From the NCBI RefSeq assembly GCF_006345805.1, contig NC_043004.1, positions 17,546,001 to 17,610,000 on the forward strand: 64,000 bases of DNA, given 5' to 3'. Below, one piece after another: positions 36,182 to 48,475 of the stretch. Position 1 is the stretch's first letter; every line of letters begins with the position of its first letter. The stretch is from Octopus sinensis. Its lineage: Eukaryota. The translations under genes were made by a program, and so were the position numbers. A model generated the notes under the pieces. It saw only the letters and a list, made by a program, of their open reading frames with translations, did not search any database and was not told the DNA's origin.

Positions 36182-38435
36182 CAGGAGTCACCAAACTTTT
36201 TTCACAGCGGGCCAGATAGCTGAGAGAATGACGAGCGCGGGCCGCATAACCAATTGTTCAATACAATACAGTGAATACACAAAAAGATGAAAACAAAAAG
36301 GCATTGGAGTGGCGATGCATATCCTGCGCGCTGATAATTTTTGTAGCAAAATATAGTGTTCCTTACCCATGCTTTTTAATGGAACTGAATTAAGCTTTGT
36401 GTTTTGACAAAAAGAGGATTAGAAGCCTAAGTAGATCTCAGCTGAAAGTAGACTTGATCGATGTCTACGGCAAATGCATATGAGAAAAAGTTGCATATGA
36501 TTAAAGAAATGACTATTCAAATAATAATCATGACTATGAAAAATAAAATGAACAAAATAAAATACTTATAGAAAATATTGCATAAAATTTCAGAAGTATT
36601 TTCAACGTCTTTCAATGATGGAAGGCGAATCAAACGTACTGTAGTTAGCTGTCGGATATAAATGATATCGGGAAATTTGTAAGATCGATTGTAAAAAAAA
36701 TTATTTATTTTTTTAGTTATCACCATTATAAGTATTTATACTCCGGTGAAATAAAAAGATCAACTCATAAATAAACGAAACGTTCAAATCCATCATTGCG
36801 CGCGCGCACGCACACACACACACACACACACAGTCGCATATCTATGTATGTATTTACCCACACGTGTCTACGTGCATAGGTACACCATGATCTATACAGA
36901 CGCAGACGCGGGTCGAATCAAATTATATATATATGTATATAATTTAGAGATAACCCACTATTAAACAATTAAATAAAGAATGATATTATTCACATCATAT
37001 AGAAAACATATACTATAAAAAAATCAATAAAGTACAATAAATAGTAAATAGTAGTAAAAAGATTACGCACGTTTCATGGCTATATTTTCAAATAGAAAAT
37101 AATAACAAAATCACTTCGATTCAAATTAAATCGAACTAAAATTTAATTCTATTTAAAAATGTAGTTACTCATAAGATAATAAATAATAAAAAATAATAAT
37201 AGAATAAATGTACTTATCTTAATTTATACTAATTAACAAATAAATCTATATAAAATACGTGTATTAACTATAAATAATCGAAAAGCATTTAACAATATTT
37301 CTTAAAATAAAAATATAACTTATCTTGTCGAAGGGTTTTCGTTAACTTTCAAGTTGGATGTGATGTCGAAGGATTTCCGTCTAGCATTCATTTTGGATGT
37401 GATGTAAACTAAAAATAACAACTCTGACAGCCAATAGGATCTGACAGAAGTGGATCAGCTCTATCCTTTTTGGTGAGAAAAACAGCTATTTCTCTTCGGA
37501 GCTTATAAAAACGAAAGACGACTCTACCACAGCTCAGCCACCTTACTGCTGTGTGATAAGGCAAGTCACTGAATTTCGAATCGATTTTTTCTAGAACAGC
37601 CGGGAACTGGCGGTGATTAAGTGCATGACGCCGAATGAAGTTCACCGTAGAAACGGCTGGTTTCAGTGCGTAAGAAATATCTAAGTTTTCTCACAGAGTG
37701 CTTACTGATATATAATACAGGGTATAAACAGAACGCTGGGAATTGAAGATCTTCGAACTTAGTCCTGATCTGCCCCACCAGACCCTTCCTCATTCTGGCC
37801 ATGTTTTTTTTCTCCCATCAACTGTAACACAATCGAAACTCATTCCAATGAAAGTTATAGCCTTGCAAAGTTTTCTGCACTTCCATGAAAATGTCTTCTC
37901 CAGTTGTTGTTCAGGGCATACTGCAAATGAATACCAACTCTTCTGTGATCTTAAAGCCCAAATTAAGACCACGAATGAACACGAGAAGTTGTACGTATTC
38001 GAAAGATTAGTAGATTCATCCAGAGAATACCATATGTTTCTAGCTTTCTCGCGTATCAGTAGTACTATGTTCCCCCCAAGTTCTTTTGTTCTCCGCACAA
38101 CTGAACTTGGTGAAAGGCTGATACTTTCAAACAAATCGGCTTTCTCAGGGCACAAGTCATTCACTGCTTCCATTATACACTCTTTGATGACGTTGCCGTC
38201 AGTAAACGGCTTTCCTCGCTCTGCTATCTTATACACTGTTTTGTAACTTGTACGAGTAACAGATTCCTTTTCAACAAACATTCTCGTGAAGAGAATGTTT
38301 AAAGGCAGCAGTACGATTTGAATGACGAACACTGCATGAATAAACTCTTAATGCAGGTACTTACACAAAAGGCAGAGTGCGGCAGCGGCCGGAGGAACTG
38401 ACCTCGCGGGTTGGGCCGTAGTTTGATGACACCTG
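36182..38435 (-). mobile_element. hAT (Buster/SPIN-type) transposon, internally deleted transposase
   Basis: TIR caggagtcaccaaac (36182-96) / gtttgatgacacctg (38421-35); 8-bp TSD TAATAGAA/CAATAAAA; KPFTDG..KEC, ISLS..VVRR, SLDEST, HTAVRWLSCG. Confidence 0.9.
36955..37180 (-). mobile_element. Second copy of the H1 repeat, with hammerhead H1b (CUUAUGA variant) at 37060-37179, nested in the hAT
   Basis: CUUAUGA-[arm]-GAAA-CGUGCG-UA^AUCU; homology to 3025-3295. Confidence 0.7.
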
Positions 38436-38443
38436 CAATAAAA

Positions 38444-38575
38444 CATCGCGGGTGTGAAACTTATGCCTAGAGGAAACCATGGAGATCATCATATCCAGAG
38501 AAAACATAATTAATAGATATTCCGATGTAATTATATCATGTAAGCATAAAAACAAGTCATCATTCTTAGAATTCG
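38444..38575 (+). pseudogene. 3' continuation of the PLE GIY-YIG domain after the hAT
   Basis: Manual translation about TSRV-NLCLEETMEIII..NR.SDVIISCKHKNK, the C.LCL.E..CRH.NK-type tail. Confidence 0.65.
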
Positions 38576-39279
38576 AAAAGAACATTTTGAAAAAGAAAAA
38601 CACTAATCGTCAGTAGCATCTAATGGAACAAGAGAAGAATATATAAATCAACTAAACAACAGCAAAAACACCCCATTATTTTCCTATGCTATAATGCTAT
38701 ATGATTGCAGTAGTACTTCCATCAGTGGAAACAATGCTGGATAAAGTGTGTGGCTTCGGAAGGGGAATACCCTGAAGGAGATTAAATGCCGGATTGATAG
38801 GTGCTGTAGCACCAGTCTCGATACTTTTTGATCAGACCTCGTATTTTATAAACTCAACGCTGTTAATTCTAGGGATGCAAGTTCAGCCGTTTAATACTGA
38901 ACGAATTCGTTGCCATGAAACAGAAATTAAACTGCGTACGTGTCATTACATGGGAAATTGCGTATGCACATATATATGCATGTGCATGTGTGTGTTTGTG
39001 TGTGTGTGAGTGTGTGTGCGTGTGCGCGTGCAGGTGCATGCGGGCTTGTGTGAGTGCGTGTGCTTACCACTCGTGATTACGCTAATAAAATAATTTTAAA
39101 TGTCACGAGTGAAGATAAAATAGTAATAACAAATTTACACACACACACACACACACACATTCAAACACATATTGATTCCGAAAGATATTTGAGGACATAT
39201 TAATTTAATAAAACAATTATAATTTAGCAAAAACCATGTGTATTTCAATAATTTGTGCACATATTCTCGATAAGCAATA

Positions 39280-39446
39280 TGGTCAACTGGTTAAGGTCAA
39301 ACAACTGACAAGCAAATCTGTGGTATTAAGCAGAATATTTGCTGTAGCCCATCGTCTATACCAAAACAAAACAATGTACGTGATAACACTTTCAATCCGT
39401 TAAGATCAGAAGCCATGCGAGCCGCTGTCTGGTACTGCATTAGGGC

Positions 39447-39447
<1 letters not shown>
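39280..39447 (+). repeat. 5'-truncated copy of the unclassified 550-bp (ATT)n-tailed repeat
   Basis: Matches 40395-40562. Confidence 0.85.
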
Positions 39448-39486
<39 letters not shown>

Positions 39487-39487
39487 A

Positions 39488-39990
39488 GAAAACTTACAGC
39501 TTATTTTTGCTGGATACAATGGAACGTGTCAGCTGTTCATAGCCAGCAAACTAAGGTGACAATTGTTTACTGGTAATGCTTCAAGTACCCTGCGAAGAAT
39601 TCTTGCAGTTCCGAGCAATACTGATTTTTGTAGGAGTTCTACTTTCACACTTGCACCAATCTTTTTCAGCCATGTTGGTAGTTGAGTGCTGATACTCCCG
39701 AGTGCACCAATCCCTATTGGTGTCACATCTACTCTCTTCATTGACTACAACCTTCGTATTTCCCACTTCAAATCGTCATAGTTGTTTATTTTTTCTTCTT
39801 CTTTCACATTGATTCGGGGCATGCTATGTCGATTATCATGCATGTTCTTTTTTTTTTTCATTCACCACAACAATGTCCGGTTTCCGATATCTGGTCAGGT
39901 GATCGCACTGGATCACTGCATACCATTGGATTTTGCAATTCTCATTTTCGGTGACTCCTGGAGTTTTCTCATATCACGTCTTATTATTAT
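39488..39990 (-). mobile_element. 5'-truncated REL LINE (family B) flanked by (TAA)n on both sides
   Basis: RKPDIVVVNEK..MIIDIACP..NYDDLKWEIRRL..PIGIGALG..LQKSVLLGTARILRRVL. Confidence 0.88.
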
Positions 39991-40004
39991 TATTATTATT
40001 ATTA

Positions 40005-40560
40005 TTGAGTGAGAGAGCAGTTCATGCCATCAAAGTGACACTGGGGTAAAATATACGAAGCCCAATATACCCATCATGACTACCCGTCTGATAAAGGTAC
40101 ACCAGGCACATGCATCACAACCATATGTGCGCGACATGGTGATCTCATATCAAGATAAACAGCACATGACCTTGCAGGTGGGGCCCAGTTAGAATTTTCT
40201 TCAGGTTGAGTAGCCCATCCCGCTCAAACGGTCCCTGAACAAGGGTTGCTTAAGGATGTTGAAAGAACCACCCATGTTTCCAGAGGTGAACTATTCAAAC
40301 CCCAAAGAATCCCTCTCAACACATGGCTATGATGCTCCCCCACTACTTCTGCTCGTGATCAGAGATGCACATATCGTCAGCCACTAAGGGACATGCTCAA
40401 CTGGTTAAGGTCAAACAACTGACAAGCAAATCTGTGGTATTGAGCAGAATATTTGCTGTAGCCCATCTTTTATACCAAGACAAAACAATGTACATGATAA
40501 CACTTCCAATCAGTTAAGATCAGAAGCCATGAGAGCCACTGCCTGGTACTGCATCAGGGC

Positions 40561-40562
<2 letters not shown>
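40005..40562 (+). repeat. Unclassified about 550-bp interspersed repeat between (TTA)n tracts
   Basis: Near-full second copy at 51190-51726. Confidence 0.9.
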
Positions 40563-40606
<44 letters not shown>

Positions 40607-40682
40607 GTTATTGTTATTATTGTTATTATTGCTATTGTTATTATTGTTATTATTATTGTTGTTGTTGTTGTTGTTATTATTA

Positions 40683-40897
40683 TGGTGGTGAGCTGGCTGA
40701 ATCGTTAGCATTCTGGACGAAATGCTTAGTGGTATTTCGCCCGTCGCTACGTTCTGAGTTCAAATTCCGCCGAGGTCGACTTTGCTTTCATTCTCTCGGG
40801 GGTCGATAAATTACTCACCAGTGAAACACGGCGGTCGGTGCTATCGACTAGTCCACTCCCTCCAAATTTCAAGCCTCGTGCCTTTAGTAGAAAGGAT
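40683..40897 (+). mobile_element. SINE family 1 monomer
   Basis: Head, core and tagtagaaagg tail. Confidence 0.9.
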
Positions 40898-40904
40898 TCT
40901 TCTT

Positions 40905-41169
40905 CTTCTTTGACTTTTGCGTTACATTTGTACATGTTGGCTCCAAGTCTCACCCAGAGACCTCAAGAAACAACAAGTTGGAAGTTCATGTTGGTGTTAT
41001 GTTTATGATGCCATATAATTGGTTTTGTACATAGTGCTGTTCTAGAGAATGTTTAAGAAACCATAAGAAAATTGTGTTTGTTTAAAACTTGAGATTACAT
41101 AGAAAGTATTTTACGTAGGATATGGGTATTCCCATGAACACTATCTTTTGAATTTCTGCCATTTTGGGA

Positions 41170-41170
<1 letters not shown>
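40905..41170 (-). mobile_element. 3' end of REL LINE family A
   Basis: Matches 53535-53790 (ttggctccaagtctcacccagagacctcaaga). Confidence 0.85.
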
Positions 41171-41247
<77 letters not shown>

Positions 41248-41624
41248 AGGCGGTGAGCTGACTGAATCGTTATCACGCCGGGCGAAAATGCTTAGCGGCA
41301 CTTCGTCCGTCTTCTTTTGTATAATGCCGTATTGATGTTAATATTAATCTCGTGTCTATTTGTATATCTACGTAAGTTTGGCATTACTGCATATGTGTCA
41401 TGTATGTCAGTGAACATCATGAGAGTATACCAGTTAATTAGAGTAAGTTCTCTAGTGACATTATTAAACTGCCTTCCTCTTTTCCTACATTAACCATAGC
41501 AACAACTAGTTGACTGCGTTATTTTGCTATCGGTCTTGTTCCATCTGTAACTTGATGCTACGTTGTTTTGTCCTGTCAATAAAATATCATATTTATATGT
41601 AGTTCTTAACTTTTATCTTTTACT

Positions 41625-41960
41625 TGTTTCAGTCATTAGACTGCGGCCATGCTGGGGCACCGCTATGAAGAAATTTTTAGGAGAATGAATCAACCCCAGT
41701 ACTTATTATTGTGTTAAGCATGGTACTTATTCCATCGGTACTCTTTTGCCGAACTGTTAAGTAACAATGACGTAAACATACTAACACCGTTTCTCAAACG
41801 GTGGTGGGGGACAAACACATAAAGACACACACGTTGGTATATTGATATCAAGGCTTTGGTCGAGCCGAGATTATAATAGAAGACACTTGCGCTAGTTGCA
41901 ACGCAGAGAGACTGAACTCGGAGCCACGTGGTTGGAAAGCAAGCTTCTTACCACACAGAA
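41625..41960 (-). mobile_element. SINE family 2
   Basis: ttgtttcagtcattagactgcggccatgctggggcaccgc tail. Confidence 0.85.
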
Positions 41961-42632
41961 TTAACTTCATTTTTATTTTTTTATTCCTTAGTTCTTATTA
42001 TTTATTTGTGACCCAATTTACTTTTTATATTTAAATTTTTATTATTTTCCTTACACATTTTATAAATTTTTATATTTCATATTTCTTTACCATTCTTTTT
42101 TAATATTTTGCATTTCTTTTGTTCCTTTTACTCAATATTTTTCGGTCCCTGCTTATTTATTCCATTGAGGCATTCTTTTCGAAAATGTTGTTTTCCTAGT
42201 CTCCTATTTACCAGTATTAATATTTTTATTCTTATTTATATAATTTATTTATACTTAATTTTAATTTTTCTTATTCCTCTCTGAATGTTTTATATTTTGT
42301 TATTTCCTACACGCTTGATTTTGCTCCAATCGCAATTTCTATGACAATTTATGTTATTACTTCTCCCTTCTCACATGCACTGTTTCTATTGCTGTTTGAG
42401 CATCATACTTTCTCTCTCTCTCTCTCTCTTTCTCCCTCCCTTCTCTAAGTATGTGTGTGTGTGTGCATGTCTGTGCCTGTGTCCGTGTGTATGTTTGTGT
42501 AGGGGTATTATTTTTATATTTCGATATTTACATCTGATCTGATGGTTTGTACTATTATGATGGTTTGTACTATTATGATGGGGGAAACAATTGCATTGAA
42601 AGACACGGAATCAATAACTTGTTTTTTTGTGA

Positions 42633-42723
<91 letters not shown>

Positions 42724-42734
42724 TGACAATTCTA

Positions 42735-42990
42735 TTCTTTCTTTATGGTAACACATTGCGCATGGCTGTTTATACTGATTTCTGTATATATATGTGTGCC
42801 CTGCCACAAAAATTAAGAAATCTGCATAAGGTGGAAGTAGATGTCATCAAAAAGGAATTAGGCACCCTCCTCTCCACAATACCCGATGAACCGACAACCC
42901 GACATGAAGTGCAGATGAGGGTAACCGTATCAAAGTCCCCTATATACCAAATGGGCCAACAGACGGAATAACAGCACATACAAGAGTGGT
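42735..42990 (+). mobile_element. CR1-group LINE 3' fragment
   Basis: LPQKLRNLHKVEVDVIKKELGTLLSTIPDEP parallels ILPKNLRDLHGVDTDVFKMKLDLFLSGVPDEP (23646-23852). Confidence 0.8.
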
Positions 42991-43390
42991 GATGTAAAGG
43001 TGATGTCAAAGTTAATTCGCAAAGAGTTACCTCGTAACGCGCAAAGAGTTATCCACGTAGCCTAGGAATGGGTATCTTCTGCCTCCAGGTGGCCCGTTAC
43101 TCATTATGTGAAAACGTTAATGTCTGAAACCATCTCTGGAACATATGTAATGTATGTTCCAAGTTTGGAGAAAATCAGTTGAAAAATACAGCCATCATAA
43201 TCTTTTACACACACACACACACAGACAGAACGAGATTTACATTATATATAGAACATGTGCTTTTGTGGCTAAAGAGTCTTTGACTCTTAATTCTTGGAAT
43301 GTCGGTGCTCCCTGTACATTTGGTCACATTTGGTCACATGAATTATTTCCTTTTTACTTTTAAAATGGCGTCTAGCCACCTCAATTATTA

Positions 43391-43748
43391 TTATTACATC
43401 TGCCTTATTGTTTTCAGTCGTGTTTGCTTGTTTGTTTGCCCGTGGACAAGATATTTCAAGAACCGTTGGATGGATTCGGATGAAACTTTCAGGGAAGTTT
43501 GGCCTCGTGACTGGTATGAGATAATTAGATTTTGGGATCGATCCAGTGCTAGACAAAGATTCTGGAGTATTTTCCCGTTTTTGTTTACTTAACTTTTGAG
43601 AGCGGTCGTGTTCATTTTTAGTAATCTCGTTTGTGAGAGCAGTCGAGTTTATTTCAGATATTCTCATTTTAAAAATCATCTTCGGCTAATCATTGAGAGG
43701 ACGTTGGTGTTGCCTTGGCAGAGGTTTGCGCTCTCAGAGTGCTTTTAT
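43391..43748 (+). mobile_element. Putative non-autonomous Helentron-associated element (HINE/DINE-1-like architecture)
   Basis: Sub-terminal inverted repeat acatctgcc / ggcagaggt; 3' mini-hairpin gcgctc-tca-gagtgc; gttt repeats; T-rich flanks. Confidence 0.5.
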
Positions 43749-43751
43749 TAT

Positions 43752-43942
43752 TACGGCGGCCCGCTGGCAAAATCGTTCGTGTGCTGGACGAAACGCTTCG
43801 CGGTATTTCACTCGTCGCTACGTTTTGAGTTCAAATCCCGTCGAGATCGACTTTGCCTTTCATCCTTTCGGGGTCGATTGAATAAGTGCCATTGAAACAC
43901 TGGGGTCGAATTAATCGGCCCTTTGTGCATACAGTAGAAAGG

Positions 43943-43945
<3 letters not shown>
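43752..43945 (+). mobile_element. SINE family 1 monomer with (ATT)n tail
   Basis: Diagnostic motifs. Confidence 0.85.
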
Positions 43946-44015
<70 letters not shown>

Positions 44016-44258
44016 TTAAACACACACATGCACACATATATGTATAGACATTTCTGCCTATTATAATATGTATAAGTCACTGTGTGCGTACATACGTTAA
44101 TAAAATACATACATCTGCGTATATATGTATATACAATATCACATATGTGTGTGTTTGTGTGTTTCTGCAGGTGTATGTGCATGCATGTGATGTGTCAGTG
44201 TGTGAGTGTTTGTGTGTGCGTGCTTGTGAGCGTGCGTGTGTGCGTGTGTGTGTGTGTG

Positions 44259-44289
<31 letters not shown>

Positions 44290-44294
44290 TGCGT

Positions 44295-44500
44295 GCGCGT
44301 GGCCTAGTGTTTAGAATGTTGCACACACGACCGTTAGAGGTGCGTTGTACTCCCGAGCAAAACACTTCATTTCACGTTACCCCAGTTCACTCAACTGTAA
44401 ATGAGGTCCTACAATAGCTGGGAAGTTGACCCTGAGACCGACCGGCGTCCAGTTCAAGGGGAGTAGTACTGTAATCTCAGTCCTATGTACCCCGTAGAAA
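44295..44500 (+). mobile_element. Decayed tRNA SINE, possibly CORE-like
   Basis: gcgtggcctagtgtttag A box; accccagttcactcaactgtaaatgag. Confidence 0.45.
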
Positions 44501-44504
44501 TCGG

Positions 44505-44775
44505 GTTAAGCTTTGGCCTTATCAGTATCGCTCTTGAGAGACCTAAGTAAGCTTATATCTTTGCTTTCGCCTCCATTATACCGCTTGACAACCGGTGTTG
44601 GTTTGTTTACAACGCCATAACTTAGCGATTCAGCCATAGAGATCAATATGTATAAATACTTATCTTTATTGCACTTGAATAAAAATATAAGTACTAGTGC
44701 CGTTTTGTCCATGTCACACATCTGAAGGTGGTGCCCCAGCATGGTCAGAGTCCATTGCGTGAAAGAAATCAAAGA
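44505..44775 (-). mobile_element. SINE family 2 fragments
   Basis: gacaaccggtgttggtttgtttac and ggtggtgccccagcatgg motifs, mixed orientation. Confidence 0.55.
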
Positions 44776-46204
44776 ATAAACTTAATGTATGAGATTATGA
44801 CTGTCAGTCATGCAAAATTATTCCTGGGAATGTTCAATAGTTCTCATTCCATATTAACACTGAACCATTTTCTTTTTAGATATAATAAACAGAATATCGA
44901 CCATTGTATTGAATAGTGTTTTAATGAATGTGCTGAGAAATCTTAGGAGCGTTTATAGAATGAGCAGGAAAAAGAAAATAATAACGTGTATGACAAATAT
45001 TGTATTAGTTAGGAAGGCAGCTGAAATATGTGATAGTGAAACCACAGTAGAAACGGAATTATAATAAATGCCAGAGAATGTTAGTGTGTTCTGAAGAGTA
45101 AAGAAAAAGAACGAAAAAAACAAAAAAACAAAAATAGAACAAAGAATAAACTTAACAATAGAACTCGGCAGACGTAAATTTTTTTATTTTACCTCTCGCT
45201 TTGTAATTCATTAGATTTTACCGAATTCCTGTCACCAGTTATGAATAATCAAATTAAATTCCGAACGACAGAAAGAACTATATTTTCTTTTTCTCCATAA
45301 TAATTGGCAACCGAAGGTTACAGGCCATTTCTTTCGTTTTTCCACAGAATCTGTTATGTGAACAAGAGGATGTCTAATTCATTCCTCTCTCTATCACTCA
45401 CTCACTCAATCAATCAGTCAATCACTCTCTTCTCTCTCCCCCTCTCTGTTTGTCTCTTTCTCTCCTAGTCACTCACTCACATACTCACTAGAACTGTTCA
45501 ACTGGGACTGAACCGATGCTAAACGACAAGGGTAACAATAACATGCTTGAAACTTCAATACCTGCTAACAATGACACCATTTCCTATGTCTGTGACTCCA
45601 CACCATTTAAATCCATTAAACAGAAATATACAAATGGAAGTTAAAAAAACGAAAACTAGACTTAATCTAAACGGCATCAGAAAACAGATTTCAAAAGGGC
45701 GAAACTAAATACAGTTTAGGCTTTTAATCCAGAGATCTGCGATTTCTACCTTTTCACCACGCCGCAAGATTTCGTAATAATATTAAATGCTTTACAATAA
45801 TTTATTTATAACTTCCATGGGTATGACATTAAACTGCATCCAGTTGTGGGGTCCCGGTTCGGGAGTTCCAGTGTTTGAGGAATGCGGAACCAACTCTTAG
45901 TCACTTGTGTTCTTATATCTTCTCTCATAAGGAGTAGTAGCACCAGTCAGCTATGGGTTAATTAGCATGTCATGGAAGAGCCTCCGGAAGAAGTCATCTT
46001 AGTTGAGGCTCTTCAGCTCTTAACTATTCATCTAAGAGGAGGTAACTCTACAAATTCTGCGTTTTGATAACGACTAGGCTCATAGCATTTGTAACACTAG
46101 TGTCATAGGCAACAATTCGTCGACTGACTAGACGCACACCAGTTTGAAGGATGAAAGAGTAGAATTGCATCCACACAACCCGTGCCTTCTATAATAATGA
46201 CCCC

Positions 46205-46605
46205 TTGCGGCGAGCTGGCAGAAACGTTAGCACGCCGGGCGAAATGCTTAGCGGTATTTCGTCTGCCGCTACGTTCTGAGTTCAAATTCCGTCGAGGTCG
46301 ACTTTGCCTATCATCCTTTTGGGGTCGATAAATTAAGTACCAATTACGCACTGGGGTCGATATAATCGACTTAATCCGTTTGTCTGTCCTCGTTTGTCCT
46401 CTCTGTGTTTAGCCCCTTGTGGGTAGTAGAGAAATAGGTATTTCGTCTATCTTTACGCTCTGAGTTCAAATTCCGCCGAGGTCAGCTTTGCTTTTCTTCC
46501 TTTCGGAAGTCGATAAATTTAGTACCATTTACGTACTGGGATCGATCTAATCGACTGTTCCCCTTCCCCAAAATTTCGGGCCTTGAGCCTAGAGTAGAAA
46601 AGAAT
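46205..46605 (+). mobile_element. SINE family 1, dimeric full-length copy
   Basis: atgaccccttgc precedes the head and follows the tail (probable TSD). Confidence 0.92.
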
Positions 46606-47159
46606 AATGACCCCTTGCTGTCTTATTGAGAGATTTATTGAATGTTTATAAAAATTTAAGGGAATAAACTTCTACAGAAAATCCGACGGGACCCTAATAC
46701 AGATATATACAGTTATACTTAACCAAAACCTGGCGTCCCCTGCTGCTCCATTGATGCCTCGAAAGTATTGACTTGTCTTTCCTTCGCGGCGTATCCACGA
46801 CTGGAGAAGTGGTAAGTGTACTTGGAGCCCAGCATTTGTTTCTGGAAACAGCTCAGGTACTGTAAAGGTGGCGATACCGTCGACTGCGACGAAAAATGTC
46901 ATTTAAGCAGGACGTATGTTTCACATAATAACTTTCCAGAATCTTCGTGATGAAGAATTATCTTTACAACTGTACTGCCTTCAATTAAGATTTCTTATCT
47001 ATCCTCAAAACAGGACTTGAATTCGTTACCAAAATTTCGGGCCTTGTACCTAGAGTAGAAAAGATTATCTGGACAATGATAGCCTTCAGTGGAGATATGG
47101 TATTGTGAGCATATTGGTTAGTTCCCCTTTCAACAAACCTCCAAACGGTGTAGTTCAAG

Positions 47160-47329
47160 GGATTTAAGCCTGGTGAGTTTGGTAGTCACAAGTTTGGTTG
47201 CGGGTTCAGCCCCATTGTGGGGTACCCTGGGCAAGTGTCTTCTATAGCCTCGGCCCGACTAAAGCCTTGTGAGTTGATATGGAAACTGTATGAAGCCCAT
47301 TGTATGTATGTGTGTATGTATATATATAT

Positions 47330-47374
<45 letters not shown>

Positions 47375-47400
47375 TATATAATATATATACAGGGAAAGTT

Positions 47401-47441
<41 letters not shown>

Positions 47442-47453
47442 TACAGGGAAAGT

Positions 47454-47494
<41 letters not shown>

Positions 47495-47584
47495 TACAGG
47501 GAAAGTTTATGTATATATATATATATTATATATATATATATATACACATATACATACATAAACTTTTCCTGTATATATATATAC

Positions 47585-47642
<58 letters not shown>

Positions 47643-47723
47643 CATACATACAATGGGCTTCTTACAGTTTCCATATCAACTCACAAGGCTTTAGTCGGGC
47701 CGAGGCTATAAAAGACACTTGAT

Positions 47724-47772
<49 letters not shown>

Positions 47773-47975
47773 TAGGTATGTGTGCGTGTGTCCTTGTGTC
47801 TGTTTTTGTCACACACCACCACTTGAAAACCGTAACTTAACAGTTCGGCAAAAGAGAACAAAAGAACAAGTCCCAGGTTTGAAACAAAAAGTAATGGGTC
47901 GATTCGTTCGATTAAAATTCTTCAATGTGGTGCCTCAGCATGGCCGCTCTCTAATAACTGAATCAAGTAAAAGAT
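47160..47975 (+). mobile_element. SINE family 2 with an internal inverted duplication
   Basis: 47232-47310 versus reverse complement of 47643-47721, 77 of 79 identical. Confidence 0.85.
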
Positions 47976-48171
47976 AAAAGATACACACTGTAGAACGCCG
48001 ATATATTGTTTATAAAGAACCATTTTTTTAAAATTCTTGTGTTATGTTTCCCAATTCTGCGTTCCTTATTACCAGTGACATCACTGGATATATTTTCATC
48101 CATTCCGAAGTTCTTGTAGCTCTCCTGCTCCGATATCTGAAAAATAACTTACAGCATTGGTAGGTATGTGA

Positions 48172-48475
48172 AGGCGCGTGACTTAGTGTTTAGGGCATTC
48201 GCCACACGATCGCAAGATCGTGGGTTCGATTCCTGGCAGCGCATTTTGTCTCTCGAGCAATACTTTATTTCACATTACCTCAGTCCAGTCAGCCGACAAA
48301 AATGAGTCTCACTCGTAATTTAGAGGGCTAGTCTTGTCCCATTCTGTATCTAACTGAATTTTCCCGAGAAAGTACGTTAAGGGTGCGTGTGCCCGTGGAT
48401 TGCTATACCACTCGCACGTAAATTTTTCGAGAAGGCTATTCCGTTGATTAGATCAGCTGGAACACTCGTCATCTC
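48172..48475 (+). mobile_element. Decayed SINE related to family 3
   Basis: ggcgcgtgacttagtgtttaggg..gggttcgattcctgg head; ttcccgagaa.tacgttaagggtgc. Confidence 0.7.

Noticed and set aside
45975-46016. Minus-strand CUGAAGA with a 10-bp hairpin
   Set aside because: No GAAA or NUH; a simple inverted repeat
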